The notes beneath the pieces were generated by a model, which saw only the letters and a list, made by a program, of their open reading frames with translations, did no database searches and had not been told where the DNA came from. A stretch of DNA of 20,000 nucleotides from an uncultured virus (IMG/VR IMGVR_UViG_3300031867_000039) (taxonomy: Duplodnaviria > Heunggongvirae > Uroviricota > Caudoviricetes > Schitoviridae), in IMG/VR virus record IMGVR_UViG_3300031867_000039; one strand, written 5' to 3'. The position numbers were made by a program, and so were the translations under genes. Within the stretch, counting starts at the first letter, position 1; each line of letters begins with the position of its first letter. Shown piece after piece: positions 1 to 9,181 of this stretch.

Positions 1-262
1 TCTTAGATTCAAACATATCCATAAGGAATGTTAATGAGTCAATAACTACAGTATGAATTTGAGGCATAGTCTCTACCCCTGCTAAAGCCTCAAACACTTG
101 TTCTGGTTCAGTTACAGTTAACTCCATAAATTTTGCATTAAACGGTAAAGGTTTACCTTCACAATTAAGATACAAAACACCTTCAGGATTATCCAAATAC
201 TTTAAGCATGTGGATTTACCTGTACCTGATTTACCACAAATTAATACACTTTTCTCTTTCAT
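1..262 (-). CDS. P-loop/AAA ATPase, N4 gp44-like (Sak4-like); runs off the window edge
   Basis: Not in the ORF track. Manual translation from ATG at 262 gives MKEKSVLICGKSGTGKSTCLKYL...HTVVIDSLTFLMDMFESK, with Walker A GKSGTGKS and Walker B-like VVIDS. It follows the primase, as in N4-like phages. Confidence 0.8.
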   Translation of the reverse strand, partial: MKEKSVLICGKSGTGKSTCLKYLDNPEGVLYLNCEGKPLPFNAKFMELTVTEPEQVFEALAGVETMPQIHTVVIDSLTFLMDMFESK

Positions 263-270
263 TTATTTAC

Positions 271-2433
271 CTATACAATAGACTTCATAATAGTATTATC
301 AATTTCAGACTCTTTTAATGGTGACTCTATTTTAGAGTTTAGATCTTTAACTCTGGTTTCAATCTCAATGAGTTCTTTACCCATATCCTTTAGAACCAAA
401 GCATACCTATGCAATAGACTATTTCTACTTCCCTCTTTCATGTTAGATATGAACCAACGTTCAAGATTACCTAAATTCTTATCACTTAACTTGTTATAAG
501 CATCATTAAATTTAATATTTTTAACTGTCTTAGGTATCATAGGTCTTGGATCAAACAATACACCATCATTATAAAAGAATAGTCCATTATTCCCTTTCCA
601 AGCTCTACATCTATCATGAGTTACTTCATCAAGTTCAAATGGTAACCATTTAAAGACATTCTTCATAAATTCCTGATACTCATCTTTTCCCATAGACAGA
701 GTATATTTCATTGGAAGAACAATCCTAAAACGATCACCATTACCCTCTATTTGATGCCTTTTAGTTGTATGTATAAAATACGTAAACTCACTCAAGAGCT
801 TACGTACTACATCTAATTGCACATTATGGTCGCAGTCTAATACCAGCAGATTGAACTGTTCTTGGACATGCGCTTCATCCCTGTAACCATGCGTGTTGAT
901 GTTCTCACTAGTGATGAAATCGCTGAGATGATGGTTACACCAATAGTAAGCACTCTGGCAACAGAGTTGATCAAGTTTATTAAAAGGTGCATATTCGTTC
1001 AAATACCCCTGAGTTATGTTAGTACTATACGATAGTATAACTTCATTAAGATTAGTCTCAGGTAAGCAGACTGCAGATAAAAACTCTACTCCATCATCAA
1101 TAGAATATCGTTTTATCGCTATATTATTATCATAACCCCAAGCAGAAGCTAATGCTAACAAATCATTCTGTTTCTGTTTAGCTTGTGGATAATAAGGAAG
1201 TTCACTCAAATCAGCGTGTGTTAATGGTTTCTTTGCATTAGCAATATACTTAGCTAATTTAACATATGGTTTATCCCTCTTTAAGAGTTGTGCAAAGCAC
1301 TCACCACTGTCTTCAGCTAATTGTATTGCTGCAAGTATATGGTCTTTTGTAACTTCAGTTGAACCATCAACAAAAGCATAAGCTCCTGCAAGTTTTAATA
1401 CTTTATAATACCTATGCTCTAACTCGTTTCTTTGGTTTTCTTCGTTATTATTGAACTTTTTAGCTACCTCTTGACAATAGCTCCTATACTCAATTAATAA
1501 TAATGTATTCTCCTTACTTAAACTAAGATCTTTATTTCTGTTAGTACTATCAGCCAATTTACCAAAATCATTACTAATATCTTCTATGTCTTTTGTAACG
1601 GTTGAATTAGTAACTCTTTCGTAAATTTCCTCTGGTGTTAGAGCAAGACTAGTTTTATCTCCAGTAGCAAAGAAACTTCTTCTAGCATATCCAGTCCTTA
1701 GATATTCAAGAATTAGCTTTTCATTCAATGCACCATCGAATAATCTTCCTGGTTCACCAAACAACAACATATTACAAGGAACAGGATCATCCCTTTCCTC
1801 TGCTCTTTGATTTTCTGCTGTATTCTTTGTTATTTTCTGTTTCAGTCTACCTTTATCAAAGATAACCAAACCATCAATAAGTAATTCATCTAAATTTGTA
1901 ATTACAGAACCAAGTTCATCACATATAAATGATAATGCACCTATACCTGCCATCTGAGCTTTAGTACGTACCTGTTTAAATGCAGCACTAGTACCACTAT
2001 CAAAACTATATGGCATAGCTCCATAACTTCTAAATTCTTTAAGTAATTCCCTTAATGCCTCTTCTCTTACAATACCTGTATCCAAAGAGATTTGATTAGC
2101 ACATTCAGTCATAGTTATATTAGCTACTTCATTAAAAGTTATTTTAAACTTTCTAATAAACTTATCTAATATATTCTCTTCAAGAAATCCTGTTGCTAAT
2201 CCTTTACCTGCACCTGATTGCATGAAACACATGCAATACATATTTACAGGTGTTCTACCACCATAGAAATCACTTAATATATTACATCTCATATTAGATG
2301 CCATCTGAGAAAAGTAAAACCCTATAAGTGTTCTAAAATAAGTTTTAGCATTATTATTTAAGGTTTTACTTTCAAGTACATTAAGTAATTTCTCTGTAAG
2401 TGGATGATAAGGAAACTTTTGATTAAAATCCAT
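271..2433 (-). CDS. DNA primase (N4 gp43-like: N-terminal NTPase-like region, AEP primase motifs, C-terminal PriCT-like domain)
   Basis: 720 aa. QSGAGKG P-loop-like motif, LVLDCD and HTTKRH AEP-type motifs, and GSRNSLL...A PriCT-like C-terminus. Synteny with N4 gp42-gp44. Confidence 0.8.
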   Translation of the reverse strand: MDFNQKFPYHPLTEKLLNVLESKTLNNNAKTYFRTLIGFYFSQMASNMRCNILSDFYGGRTPVNMYCMCFMQSGAGKGLATGFLEENILDKFIRKFKITFNEVANITMTECANQISLDTGIVREEALRELLKEFRSYGAMPYSFDSGTSAAFKQVRTKAQMAGIGALSFICDELGSVITNLDELLIDGLVIFDKGRLKQKITKNTAENQRAEERDDPVPCNMLLFGEPGRLFDGALNEKLILEYLRTGYARRSFFATGDKTSLALTPEEIYERVTNSTVTKDIEDISNDFGKLADSTNRNKDLSLSKENTLLLIEYRSYCQEVAKKFNNNEENQRNELEHRYYKVLKLAGAYAFVDGSTEVTKDHILAAIQLAEDSGECFAQLLKRDKPYVKLAKYIANAKKPLTHADLSELPYYPQAKQKQNDLLALASAWGYDNNIAIKRYSIDDGVEFLSAVCLPETNLNEVILSYSTNITQGYLNEYAPFNKLDQLCCQSAYYWCNHHLSDFITSENINTHGYRDEAHVQEQFNLLVLDCDHNVQLDVVRKLLSEFTYFIHTTKRHQIEGNGDRFRIVLPMKYTLSMGKDEYQEFMKNVFKWLPFELDEVTHDRCRAWKGNNGLFFYNDGVLFDPRPMIPKTVKNIKFNDAYNKLSDKNLGNLERWFISNMKEGSRNSLLHRYALVLKDMGKELIEIETRVKDLNSKIESPLKESEIDNTIMKSIV

Positions 2434-3369
2434 TTAAACCCCCATCATTGATTTATACTGAGAACATAAATCTCTACCTTTACAAAATCTGCAAGCTACT
2501 GGTTCACCTTTACGTTCTTTAACAATACCTTTACCACGTTCATTAAGGCATTTATAAGCCTCTACAGAAGTATCAAATACTTTAGTAGCTCTCTTACTGT
2601 CTGGATTTGCATAATAAGCAAATGTACTTGGTTTAAACTGTAATTCCTCTGCAGTACAGAATGGAATATCTTTCTCATCAGAGTCATAGTACTTATTTAA
2701 TCTTGTTATCTTATCCAAAACATAAGTAGTTACATATGTCTGAGAATGTAAATCTATCTTCTGTTCAAGTACTTTAGCTTTAGGATATCCTGGTGTATTT
2801 ACCTTACTTTCTTGCCAGTTCTTGAAGATAAAGTTAATAGCTATTGTATCTTCTGTAATAAGTGGTGAAAGCCACCTATAAATACTTCCTTGCATACGAT
2901 AGTCATTAGTCTTACAACCAGTTTCATAAGTATATGTACCAGTAGTTTTGAAATCAATAAGCTGTCCATTAAATACCATATCAAACTGACCTGTTACAGT
3001 CCAGTCTAATACTTTCTTCTCTATACGTTGTTCAAGATATACAGGTATATCACCATCATGTACTTCTGTTGGATTAATCTTAATAGCATTAATAGTCTTA
3101 TCTGAATAACCTAATACTTTAAGATTTTCCTTATAGTTATTAGTCCATGCATGTTCTATAGCAGAATGAATAGCAGTACCTACTGCTGCATCTATCCTAT
3201 CTATTACATCTTCTTCACTATTTGTAGATGCTCTTCTACTTAATAATATCTGTCTTACAGACTTTAATAAGGTAGTAGCTGATATAGATTTATCTTCATT
3301 ACTACCTGTATATTCATTATTTACAGCCCATACACTTAATGCTACGGGTACTTCATACTGATTTAACAT
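2434..3369 (-). CDS. PD-(D/E)xK (RecB/Cas4-like) nuclease, N4 gp42-like
   Basis: GTAIH, GQFD...IDFKT and QGSIY motifs plus a C-terminal CxxC...C cluster. Positioned upstream of the primase. Confidence 0.8.
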   Translation of the reverse strand: MLNQYEVPVALSVWAVNNEYTGSNEDKSISATTLLKSVRQILLSRRASTNSEEDVIDRIDAAVGTAIHSAIEHAWTNNYKENLKVLGYSDKTINAIKINPTEVHDGDIPVYLEQRIEKKVLDWTVTGQFDMVFNGQLIDFKTTGTYTYETGCKTNDYRMQGSIYRWLSPLITEDTIAINFIFKNWQESKVNTPGYPKAKVLEQKIDLHSQTYVTTYVLDKITRLNKYYDSDEKDIPFCTAEELQFKPSTFAYYANPDSKRATKVFDTSVEAYKCLNERGKGIVKERKGEPVACRFCKGRDLCSQYKSMMGV

Positions 3370-3385
3370 TTAAACCCCAAAGAAT

Positions 3386-3416
3386 AAAAAAGAGAGATTA
3401 TAGTATCTCCCTTTTT
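3386..3416 (-). terminator. Probable intrinsic terminator (possibly bidirectional)
   Basis: AGAGAGAT-loop-ATCTCCCT stem flanked by A and T runs, downstream of the holin-like gene. Confidence 0.55.
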
Positions 3417-3435
3417 ATAAAAAATTTAAACTGTT

Positions 3436-3873
3436 TTATTTATTAGTTAATGTTTTTTGTTTTTCCCAACTACCTTGACTTGATCCAAGCCAAAATGCCA
3501 CTGCAGTGCTGAAAGCACCACTAACAGTACCTGCAATCATTATTAATACCTGTCCATAAGCCTCAGATGGTGGAATAAGAAATAAAGCTAAGAACATACC
3601 ACATACCATTAGAGCCAAGACAAAGGTTAATGCACTAGGCATCCAATGACCTGTCATTTTGGTTTTAGTTATAGCTTTAAAATCAAGTAAACTGGATTCT
3701 AGTTTATATAACTGAGCCATATTAGTATCATCTGATAATACTTCTAATACTTGTTCTTCATCAGTTATATCTACTTTTAAGATACTTTCTAATAGTTTCT
3801 TACCACTAGCAGTATCTAATAAAGAAGCTACATTAGGTGTAGCTTCTAATTTAGTTTTAATACTGTTACACAT
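3436..3873 (-). CDS. Membrane protein, holin-like (3TM/GTA-holin-like)
   Basis: Two hydrophobic helices near the C-terminus followed by FWLGSS and a basic tail. SD AAGGAG upstream. Confidence 0.55.
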   Translation of the reverse strand: MCNSIKTKLEATPNVASLLDTASGKKLLESILKVDITDEEQVLEVLSDDTNMAQLYKLESSLLDFKAITKTKMTGHWMPSALTFVLALMVCGMFLALFLIPPSEAYGQVLIMIAGTVSGAFSTAVAFWLGSSQGSWEKQKTLTNK

Positions 3874-3905
3874 ATAATCTCCTTATTGGTAACAGTACTA
3901 TAAAG

Positions 3906-4283
3906 TTAATCTACTCTTTTTACAAGGTATGACTGTATCAGAGCTGTGATCTTATCATTACCTAAAGTAAATCTAACATATCCACAAGGTAATGGTTCAC
4001 CATACAATTCGGTTTCAGCTAAAGCCAACAAGATACATAAATAATCTTTAACAGTACAACCACGAACAGTAAAGGTAATCTTAGTAAAATCACCTGCAGT
4101 CAGTTCTTCTAAGTGTTTCTGTTTAAGTTTATATCTATGAATTTCTTTAGGTTCTTCTTCCTTAACTTTTTCTTTTGGTTCAGGACCTTTACGAAGTTCC
4201 TCTAACTCAGCTTTTAAATTGCTAATCTCTTTATTCATTGAATCCAAGATTTTGCTTAATTGAATTTTTGTAGATCTATCCAC
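3906..4283 (-). CDS. Hypothetical protein with N-terminal coiled coil
   Basis: 125-aa ORF whose start overlaps the stop of the polymerase C-terminal part. Confidence 0.7.
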   Translation of the reverse strand: MDRSTKIQLSKILDSMNKEISNLKAELEELRKGPEPKEKVKEEEPKEIHRYKLKQKHLEELTAGDFTKITFTVRGCTVKDYLCILLALAETELYGEPLPCGYVRFTLGNDKITALIQSYLVKRVD

Positions 4284-4998
4284 GATTTTTCTTCTCCAAC
4301 TGTAATAACTTAATTAAATCATCTTTACTAATATCATTAGGTATAGTTACTGGATGTGCCCAGTCAGGATAAAATAAATCAAGTTCACCACCTAAATGTA
4401 CTTTATCATGTGCTATATCACTAGCATCCTGCCACTTCATAGCTTTACCTAAAATCTTATTTAAATAACATATAGCATCAAGATTATCTCGCACTATATA
4501 ATATGAAGCATCATGTATTTGTGCTACTGGTAATATGTCATACTTATAAGGGCTATTCCATACTTGCTCCATTACTTCACATACTGCTCTACAATTAAGT
4601 AATCCCCATGATTGTCCTAATGCATTACCTGCTGTTTTAGCATCTTTAGCTGCTCTAGCAGATGTCTTATTAGTATTAAGGATACTCTCTTTAAGAACAG
4701 GTGTACGTAATCTTAAACCAAAAGCACAAGTAACATATCCATCTTTACATGCTCCATCAAGACGAGTATTAACATACTCATCCGCTACCTTATATAATTC
4801 ATGATATGTATTATATATTCGTTTAGCTTCTTCCTCCGTAGCTATACCACACTCTTCCATAAGAGCTTTAAATGTACCACCGTAAGTAAGTGCAAATGTA
4901 GCACTCTTACTGTCCTGTCTTAGATTTTTATGTTTTTGTTTTATAGAATTTATTATACCTATATGGTATTCTTGTTGTGATATTTCTCTAATCTTCAT
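4276..4998 (-). CDS. Family A DNA polymerase, C-terminal part (motifs B and C)
   Basis: RQDSKSATFALTYGG (motif B), GNALGQS, and VAQIHDA (motif C). Confidence 0.9.
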   Translation of the reverse strand: MKIREISQQEYHIGIINSIKQKHKNLRQDSKSATFALTYGGTFKALMEECGIATEEEAKRIYNTYHELYKVADEYVNTRLDGACKDGYVTCAFGLRLRTPVLKESILNTNKTSARAAKDAKTAGNALGQSWGLLNCRAVCEVMEQVWNSPYKYDILPVAQIHDASYYIVRDNLDAICYLNKILGKAMKWQDASDIAHDKVHLGGELDLFYPDWAHPVTIPNDISKDDLIKLLQLEKKNRG

Positions 4999-5105
4999 AA
5001 TAGTATCAATAAAATTAATATTGCTAACCAGTATTTCGGTATTGTTATAGTATGTTTATTATCACAACTTTTAATGACATTGTTAAGTTCATTCTTAAAT
5101 GTCAT
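4995..5105 (-). CDS. 36-aa peptide with hydrophobic C-terminus (below the ORF-track cutoff)
   Basis: MTFKNELNNVIKSCDNKHTITIPKYWLAILILLILL*. ATGA overlaps at both ends: with the stop of 5102..5296 and with the start of the polymerase C-part. Confidence 0.65.
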   Translation of the reverse strand: MTFKNELNNVIKSCDNKHTITIPKYWLAILILLILL

Positions 5106-5296
5106 TTAACCCAAACCTTATCATATCTATCAGGTAACACATCACAATTTGTTGTAGTACCATCCATATATACTACACGTACACATTGTTTTGTCTCCCA
5201 TGAATATTCAACTTCAGGTGTATTAAGAGCTGTGATAAAACAAAAAGCCAAAAAACCACAAACTGCAATAAATGCAAATAAATCAAATTTAGACAT
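5102..5296 (-). CDS. Small membrane-anchored hypothetical protein
   Basis: N-terminal hydrophobic segment, then PEVEYSWETKQCVRV...C. Overlaps both neighbours. Confidence 0.7.
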   Translation of the reverse strand: MSKFDLFAFIAVCGFLAFCFITALNTPEVEYSWETKQCVRVVYMDGTTTNCDVLPDRYDKVWVK

Positions 5297-5474
5297 GATA
5301 ATATAAATCCCTGTAAAAATCTTCTAATTCTTCCATATTATAGATATCTCTATGCATTTGACCTGAAGTAATAAAGACTACAGATTTAAATCTAAATTCA
5401 CTATAGTCTTTAATATCAGCTTTTATTTTTAACTTAATCTGACGCATTTGCAATTTCCTCATTAACGTCTGCAA
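5289..5474 (-). CDS. Hypothetical protein
   Basis: 61-aa ORF overlapping both neighbours. The start may be at a downstream Met. Confidence 0.6.
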   Translation of the reverse strand: MQTLMRKLQMRQIKLKIKADIKDYSEFRFKSVVFITSGQMHRDIYNMEELEDFYRDLYYHV

Positions 5475-5946
5475 AACATTTATCTAAAGTATCTTTAAGT
5501 ACTGGAAATCTCTTATATAAACCATCAGTTGAAGTACAACTACGTAAAGCCACTTCTAAGCATTCTTGAAACTTATCATAAAGCTCTTTCCTTTTAGCAT
5601 ATAACGATTCAGTCTTAGCTGCATAACTAAAATACTCTTCAGCCTCTTTAGGTGCTAAATCTTTAAAACCAAATCTAACACCAAAATCACTATATACATG
5701 ATAGTAACTACCATTTATACTAATAGAATATCCATCTGGTTTAAGCTGCAATACTTCAGTTAAGAATTGTTCATGTCCTTTATATTTATTCTTAATTAAT
5801 ATATTTAAAGTATTACAAAATTCTTCTTCTGTTACACCAAAGTAATCATGAGGTGCTTTAATAATAGCATCCTTTAATAACTTATCTCTCATATACTCTT
5901 TAAGTGTATATCTGATATTACTAATTAATTCTTTAGTCAAACGCAT
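5434..5946 (-). CDS. Hypothetical protein
   Basis: 170 aa; start overlaps the polymerase N-part stop. No HNH, GIY-YIG or LAGLIDADG motif seen. Confidence 0.7.
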   Translation of the reverse strand: MRLTKELISNIRYTLKEYMRDKLLKDAIIKAPHDYFGVTEEEFCNTLNILIKNKYKGHEQFLTEVLQLKPDGYSISINGSYYHVYSDFGVRFGFKDLAPKEAEEYFSYAAKTESLYAKRKELYDKFQECLEVALRSCTSTDGLYKRFPVLKDTLDKCFADVNEEIANASD

Positions 5947-7946
5947 AATTTTTTATACTCCTCATCATATTCAGATAAGTACTTAACATTACCCTCATCA
6001 TCAATAACTTCATAGAACTTACCACCTTTATTAAGATACTCTAACTTCTCTGTAATATCTGGCATAAGATGTTTATAATAACTGTACGCTCTTAGACAAT
6101 GACCATCAAAAGCGTCAAATTCATAATTCTTAGAAACGCTGAAAGCGTCAGAAGAAACATCTTTAAAGGTCTGATAAAGACTATCACCTGTATAAGTAAC
6201 ACCATTATATTCAATAGTATCATCACTACCTATATACTTGGTTTCACCATTAATAACTACCTTATAGTTAATACCTGGTATATAAACCTTTAACTTTTCT
6301 GGATCTTTAGTAAGTAATGCAGATATATGATCTTCTAATGAAGAAAAATCTGAACCACAAAATACAAATCCATCAGGTGCTTTAAAACACTTCTTAAATG
6401 GTTTAGCCCATACAGTACCAGTAGCAGGTAAATTCTGTAAGTTAGGACTACTACTACTTAATCTACCTGATACAGTACCACCTATATTAAAATTACCATA
6501 TAATCTATTATTAACAGATGATTCCATAGCAGGTATGAAGTTATTCATAATCTGCATAGCACAAGATAGTTCTATTAATTTATCCATTAATACTTTCTGA
6601 TCTTCATTACAATAACTTCTTAAATCCATAATTACATCTTTCTCTGTAGATGGTTGTTTGGATTCAGTATATTTAATAATAGGTAGTTTCATTACTGTAT
6701 AGAGTAATACACGTAATTGAACAGAACTTCTTAGATTAATCTTAAAATCAATAGATGTCTTCTTCTTGGTTTTTAATTTAGCATTAACTTTATCTAATGC
6801 CTCTTTATATAGGATTCTTTCTGCATCTTTTACTTCATCAAATAACAATAAAGTATTATGAGCATCATCAATAGCTATTTGTAGTTTCTCTTTTAATTTA
6901 GCTACTTCATTCATATCCATATATAAACCATTAAGTTCTGTATGGGTTAATACCTTTTGAGTAGGTAATAACAACTCACGATATAGTTTCTCCTGCTTAT
7001 CTTGAACCATAATAGGATAATATTTATTATATACATACCATGTAGCACATACATCTTTTAGGTTATATTCTAATTCAGTCTTAGTATCTACTTTGGATAT
7101 ATCACCTATATCTTCTAATGCATATTTACCTGTATATTCAAATGCTAAATCCTTTAATTTATATGATGGTTTACCTGTAGAATTAAGTGCTAGATATGCA
7201 ATTATCTTAGTATCATCTATGTTCTTATACATAGTGTGTAAACCATACTGTAAACCTACTTGGTCATTTATATCTTTCATAAATAACTCATATATAAGTA
7301 CTTTCACATCAAATGAGGCATTATGGAATATTAATGTACCTTTATAGGTTTCAAAGAATTGTTTTAATTTCTTCTTATCTTTTACTGTAAATGCAATACC
7401 ACCATGCATATCAGTACCAAATGCAATAGAAACCAAACCACAATTATGGAATTTTAATCCATTAGTTTCTATATCTACTGTCAATTTATCATAAGATAAT
7501 AAATCAAATAGATGTTCATCTGTATAATCTGCATGGGTAATAATATTATTAACTTTAGTATTAGCATTATTTAAACAAGCTATACTTGTTTTTAACTTAT
7601 TCATTAGTGATGGGTCATACTTAAATGCTAGATAATTTAATCCAAGAATAACAGTAAATCTACTATCTAATTTACAAGGGTATCTCTTACCAAAGCAATA
7701 TTCAGTAGATTTCTCACCTGTTAATACCTTAAAATATCCTGCATCACATACAAATAATTCATCAATACCTTGATTAGCTAATTGAGGTAATAGATTCTCT
7801 ATATATGTTTTAGCTTCCTTTACGTTAAAGTTCTTACTTGAATAATAGAGTCCCTGACACATACAGTTAGGAACACCATTATTAAAATAATAATACTGTA
7901 TATTCTCCATATACAATAAACTATTTTTAATTAACAAGCATAACAT
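5937..7946 (-). CDS. Family A DNA polymerase, N-terminal part (extra N-terminal domain, 3'-5' exonuclease, polymerase through motif A)
   Basis: Exo I VDIET, Exo II FHNASFD, Exo III YNLKD, TVSGRLSSSSPNLQNLP, motif A GSDFSSLE, and DGHCLRA. Stops before motif B. Confidence 0.9.
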   Translation of the reverse strand: MLCLLIKNSLLYMENIQYYYFNNGVPNCMCQGLYYSSKNFNVKEAKTYIENLLPQLANQGIDELFVCDAGYFKVLTGEKSTEYCFGKRYPCKLDSRFTVILGLNYLAFKYDPSLMNKLKTSIACLNNANTKVNNIITHADYTDEHLFDLLSYDKLTVDIETNGLKFHNCGLVSIAFGTDMHGGIAFTVKDKKKLKQFFETYKGTLIFHNASFDVKVLIYELFMKDINDQVGLQYGLHTMYKNIDDTKIIAYLALNSTGKPSYKLKDLAFEYTGKYALEDIGDISKVDTKTELEYNLKDVCATWYVYNKYYPIMVQDKQEKLYRELLLPTQKVLTHTELNGLYMDMNEVAKLKEKLQIAIDDAHNTLLLFDEVKDAERILYKEALDKVNAKLKTKKKTSIDFKINLRSSVQLRVLLYTVMKLPIIKYTESKQPSTEKDVIMDLRSYCNEDQKVLMDKLIELSCAMQIMNNFIPAMESSVNNRLYGNFNIGGTVSGRLSSSSPNLQNLPATGTVWAKPFKKCFKAPDGFVFCGSDFSSLEDHISALLTKDPEKLKVYIPGINYKVVINGETKYIGSDDTIEYNGVTYTGDSLYQTFKDVSSDAFSVSKNYEFDAFDGHCLRAYSYYKHLMPDITEKLEYLNKGGKFYEVIDDEGNVKYLSEYDEEYKKLCV

Positions 7947-9181
7947 TAGCGTAATCTCCCATAATATAAATATATCTTCTCTTTAGCTCTGGATGCAGCT
8001 ACATAGAACAATCTACTTCTAAGTGCCGGATCTACTATTGGTTTACCATATTTAGTTGTAGCGTATAAATCCTCTATATTGATAAATACCTTATCATATG
8101 TAGAACCTTGAGCAGAATATATAGTAGCTGACTGACAGAACCTTAATTTAAGAACATTCTCACAAAAACATGCATATTCATAAAAATCATGTTTCTTAGC
8201 ACATTTCTTATATAACTCTTTAACTACTGATTCATATTGATCTGGATTATAGAAAGTCTTATATCTACCACTAGCATCTGTAAATGTTACATAACACATA
8301 CCACTTTCAGGTGCATTCTGAATAGTAGATATAGTCTTAATTTCCTCTACATATGTTTTTCTACTCATAGGTGTAGATGGTAATGCACTTTTACAAACAA
8401 CTAAATCACCCTCTTGTATATAGTTAGGTTGGTTCTTTAAGCTACGTAATGCACCATTCATTAAATCCACACATTTATTAGTATGACCCAAGATACGATC
8501 ATTCTCTCCCATAGATAAGAATACATCAGCAATATCTTCATTACGTACTATCTGTATATTCTCAGATGGTTGAATACTCATAATGAAATTATCAATGGTA
8601 GGACAATCAATATGATCTCTACAATCCATAATTAACTGCTTAACATCTTCATGATTAAATCTAATTAATTCAGTTAATTCTACCTGTGGGATATCTGTAT
8701 TAAAGATATTAAAAGTACTATTTACAGGCGGTAGTTGGTTCTTATCACCTACATAAATAATCTTATTCTTCTTCTCTAAAATATCTGACTGTATAAATTC
8801 ATATAGATCATCACCTATCATAGAACATTCATCAATAAAGAATATATTACCTGAGATATTAGGAATACCTTGTCTACGTAATACATCATTACCTGTAGAT
8901 GTATCTTTCTGTGGTTTAATCATAAGAATACTATGAATAGTCCTACCATTAATCAATCTACTAGCTTTATTAGTAGTAGCTGTATTAACTATCTTCTTAT
9001 ATGGGATTTCAAATCCCATTTTATTAAGTGCATCTATTTCTTTTAGTATTCCTGTTAAATCCTGAAGTAAATAAGACTTACCAGTTCCAGGTGAACCAGT
9101 AAGTATTATCTCTTTCTGATGTGGATCTAGTATGAAATTAGCTAGTAGTTCTCTAGCATTTTTTTGTTGCTCTGTCAGCAT
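7946..9181 (-). CDS. SF1B (Dda/RecD-like) DNA helicase
   Basis: GSPGTGKS, TIHS, IDECSM, GDKNQLPPV, AQGSTYD and YVAASRAK motifs. Confidence 0.9.
   Translation of the reverse strand: MLTEQQKNARELLANFILDPHQKEIILTGSPGTGKSYLLQDLTGILKEIDALNKMGFEIPYKKIVNTATTNKASRLINGRTIHSILMIKPQKDTSTGNDVLRRQGIPNISGNIFFIDECSMIGDDLYEFIQSDILEKKNKIIYVGDKNQLPPVNSTFNIFNTDIPQVELTELIRFNHEDVKQLIMDCRDHIDCPTIDNFIMSIQPSENIQIVRNEDIADVFLSMGENDRILGHTNKCVDLMNGALRSLKNQPNYIQEGDLVVCKSALPSTPMSRKTYVEEIKTISTIQNAPESGMCYVTFTDASGRYKTFYNPDQYESVVKELYKKCAKKHDFYEYACFCENVLKLRFCQSATIYSAQGSTYDKVFINIEDLYATTKYGKPIVDPALRSRLFYVAASRAKEKIYLYYGRLR

Noticed and set aside
2434..3369. Cas4 as part of a CRISPR system
   Set aside because: Position and motifs fit the conserved N4 gp42-like replication nuclease, and there are no other cas genes.
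4999..5936. Group I/II intron, split intein or ribosomal bypass in the polymerase gap
   Set aside because: The gap is entirely coding with no structured non-coding core. The N-tail lacks a Cys/Ser intein start and is too short, and INS in the C-part looks like polymerase sequence. About 940 nt is far longer than known bypasses. Not formally excluded without a covariance search.
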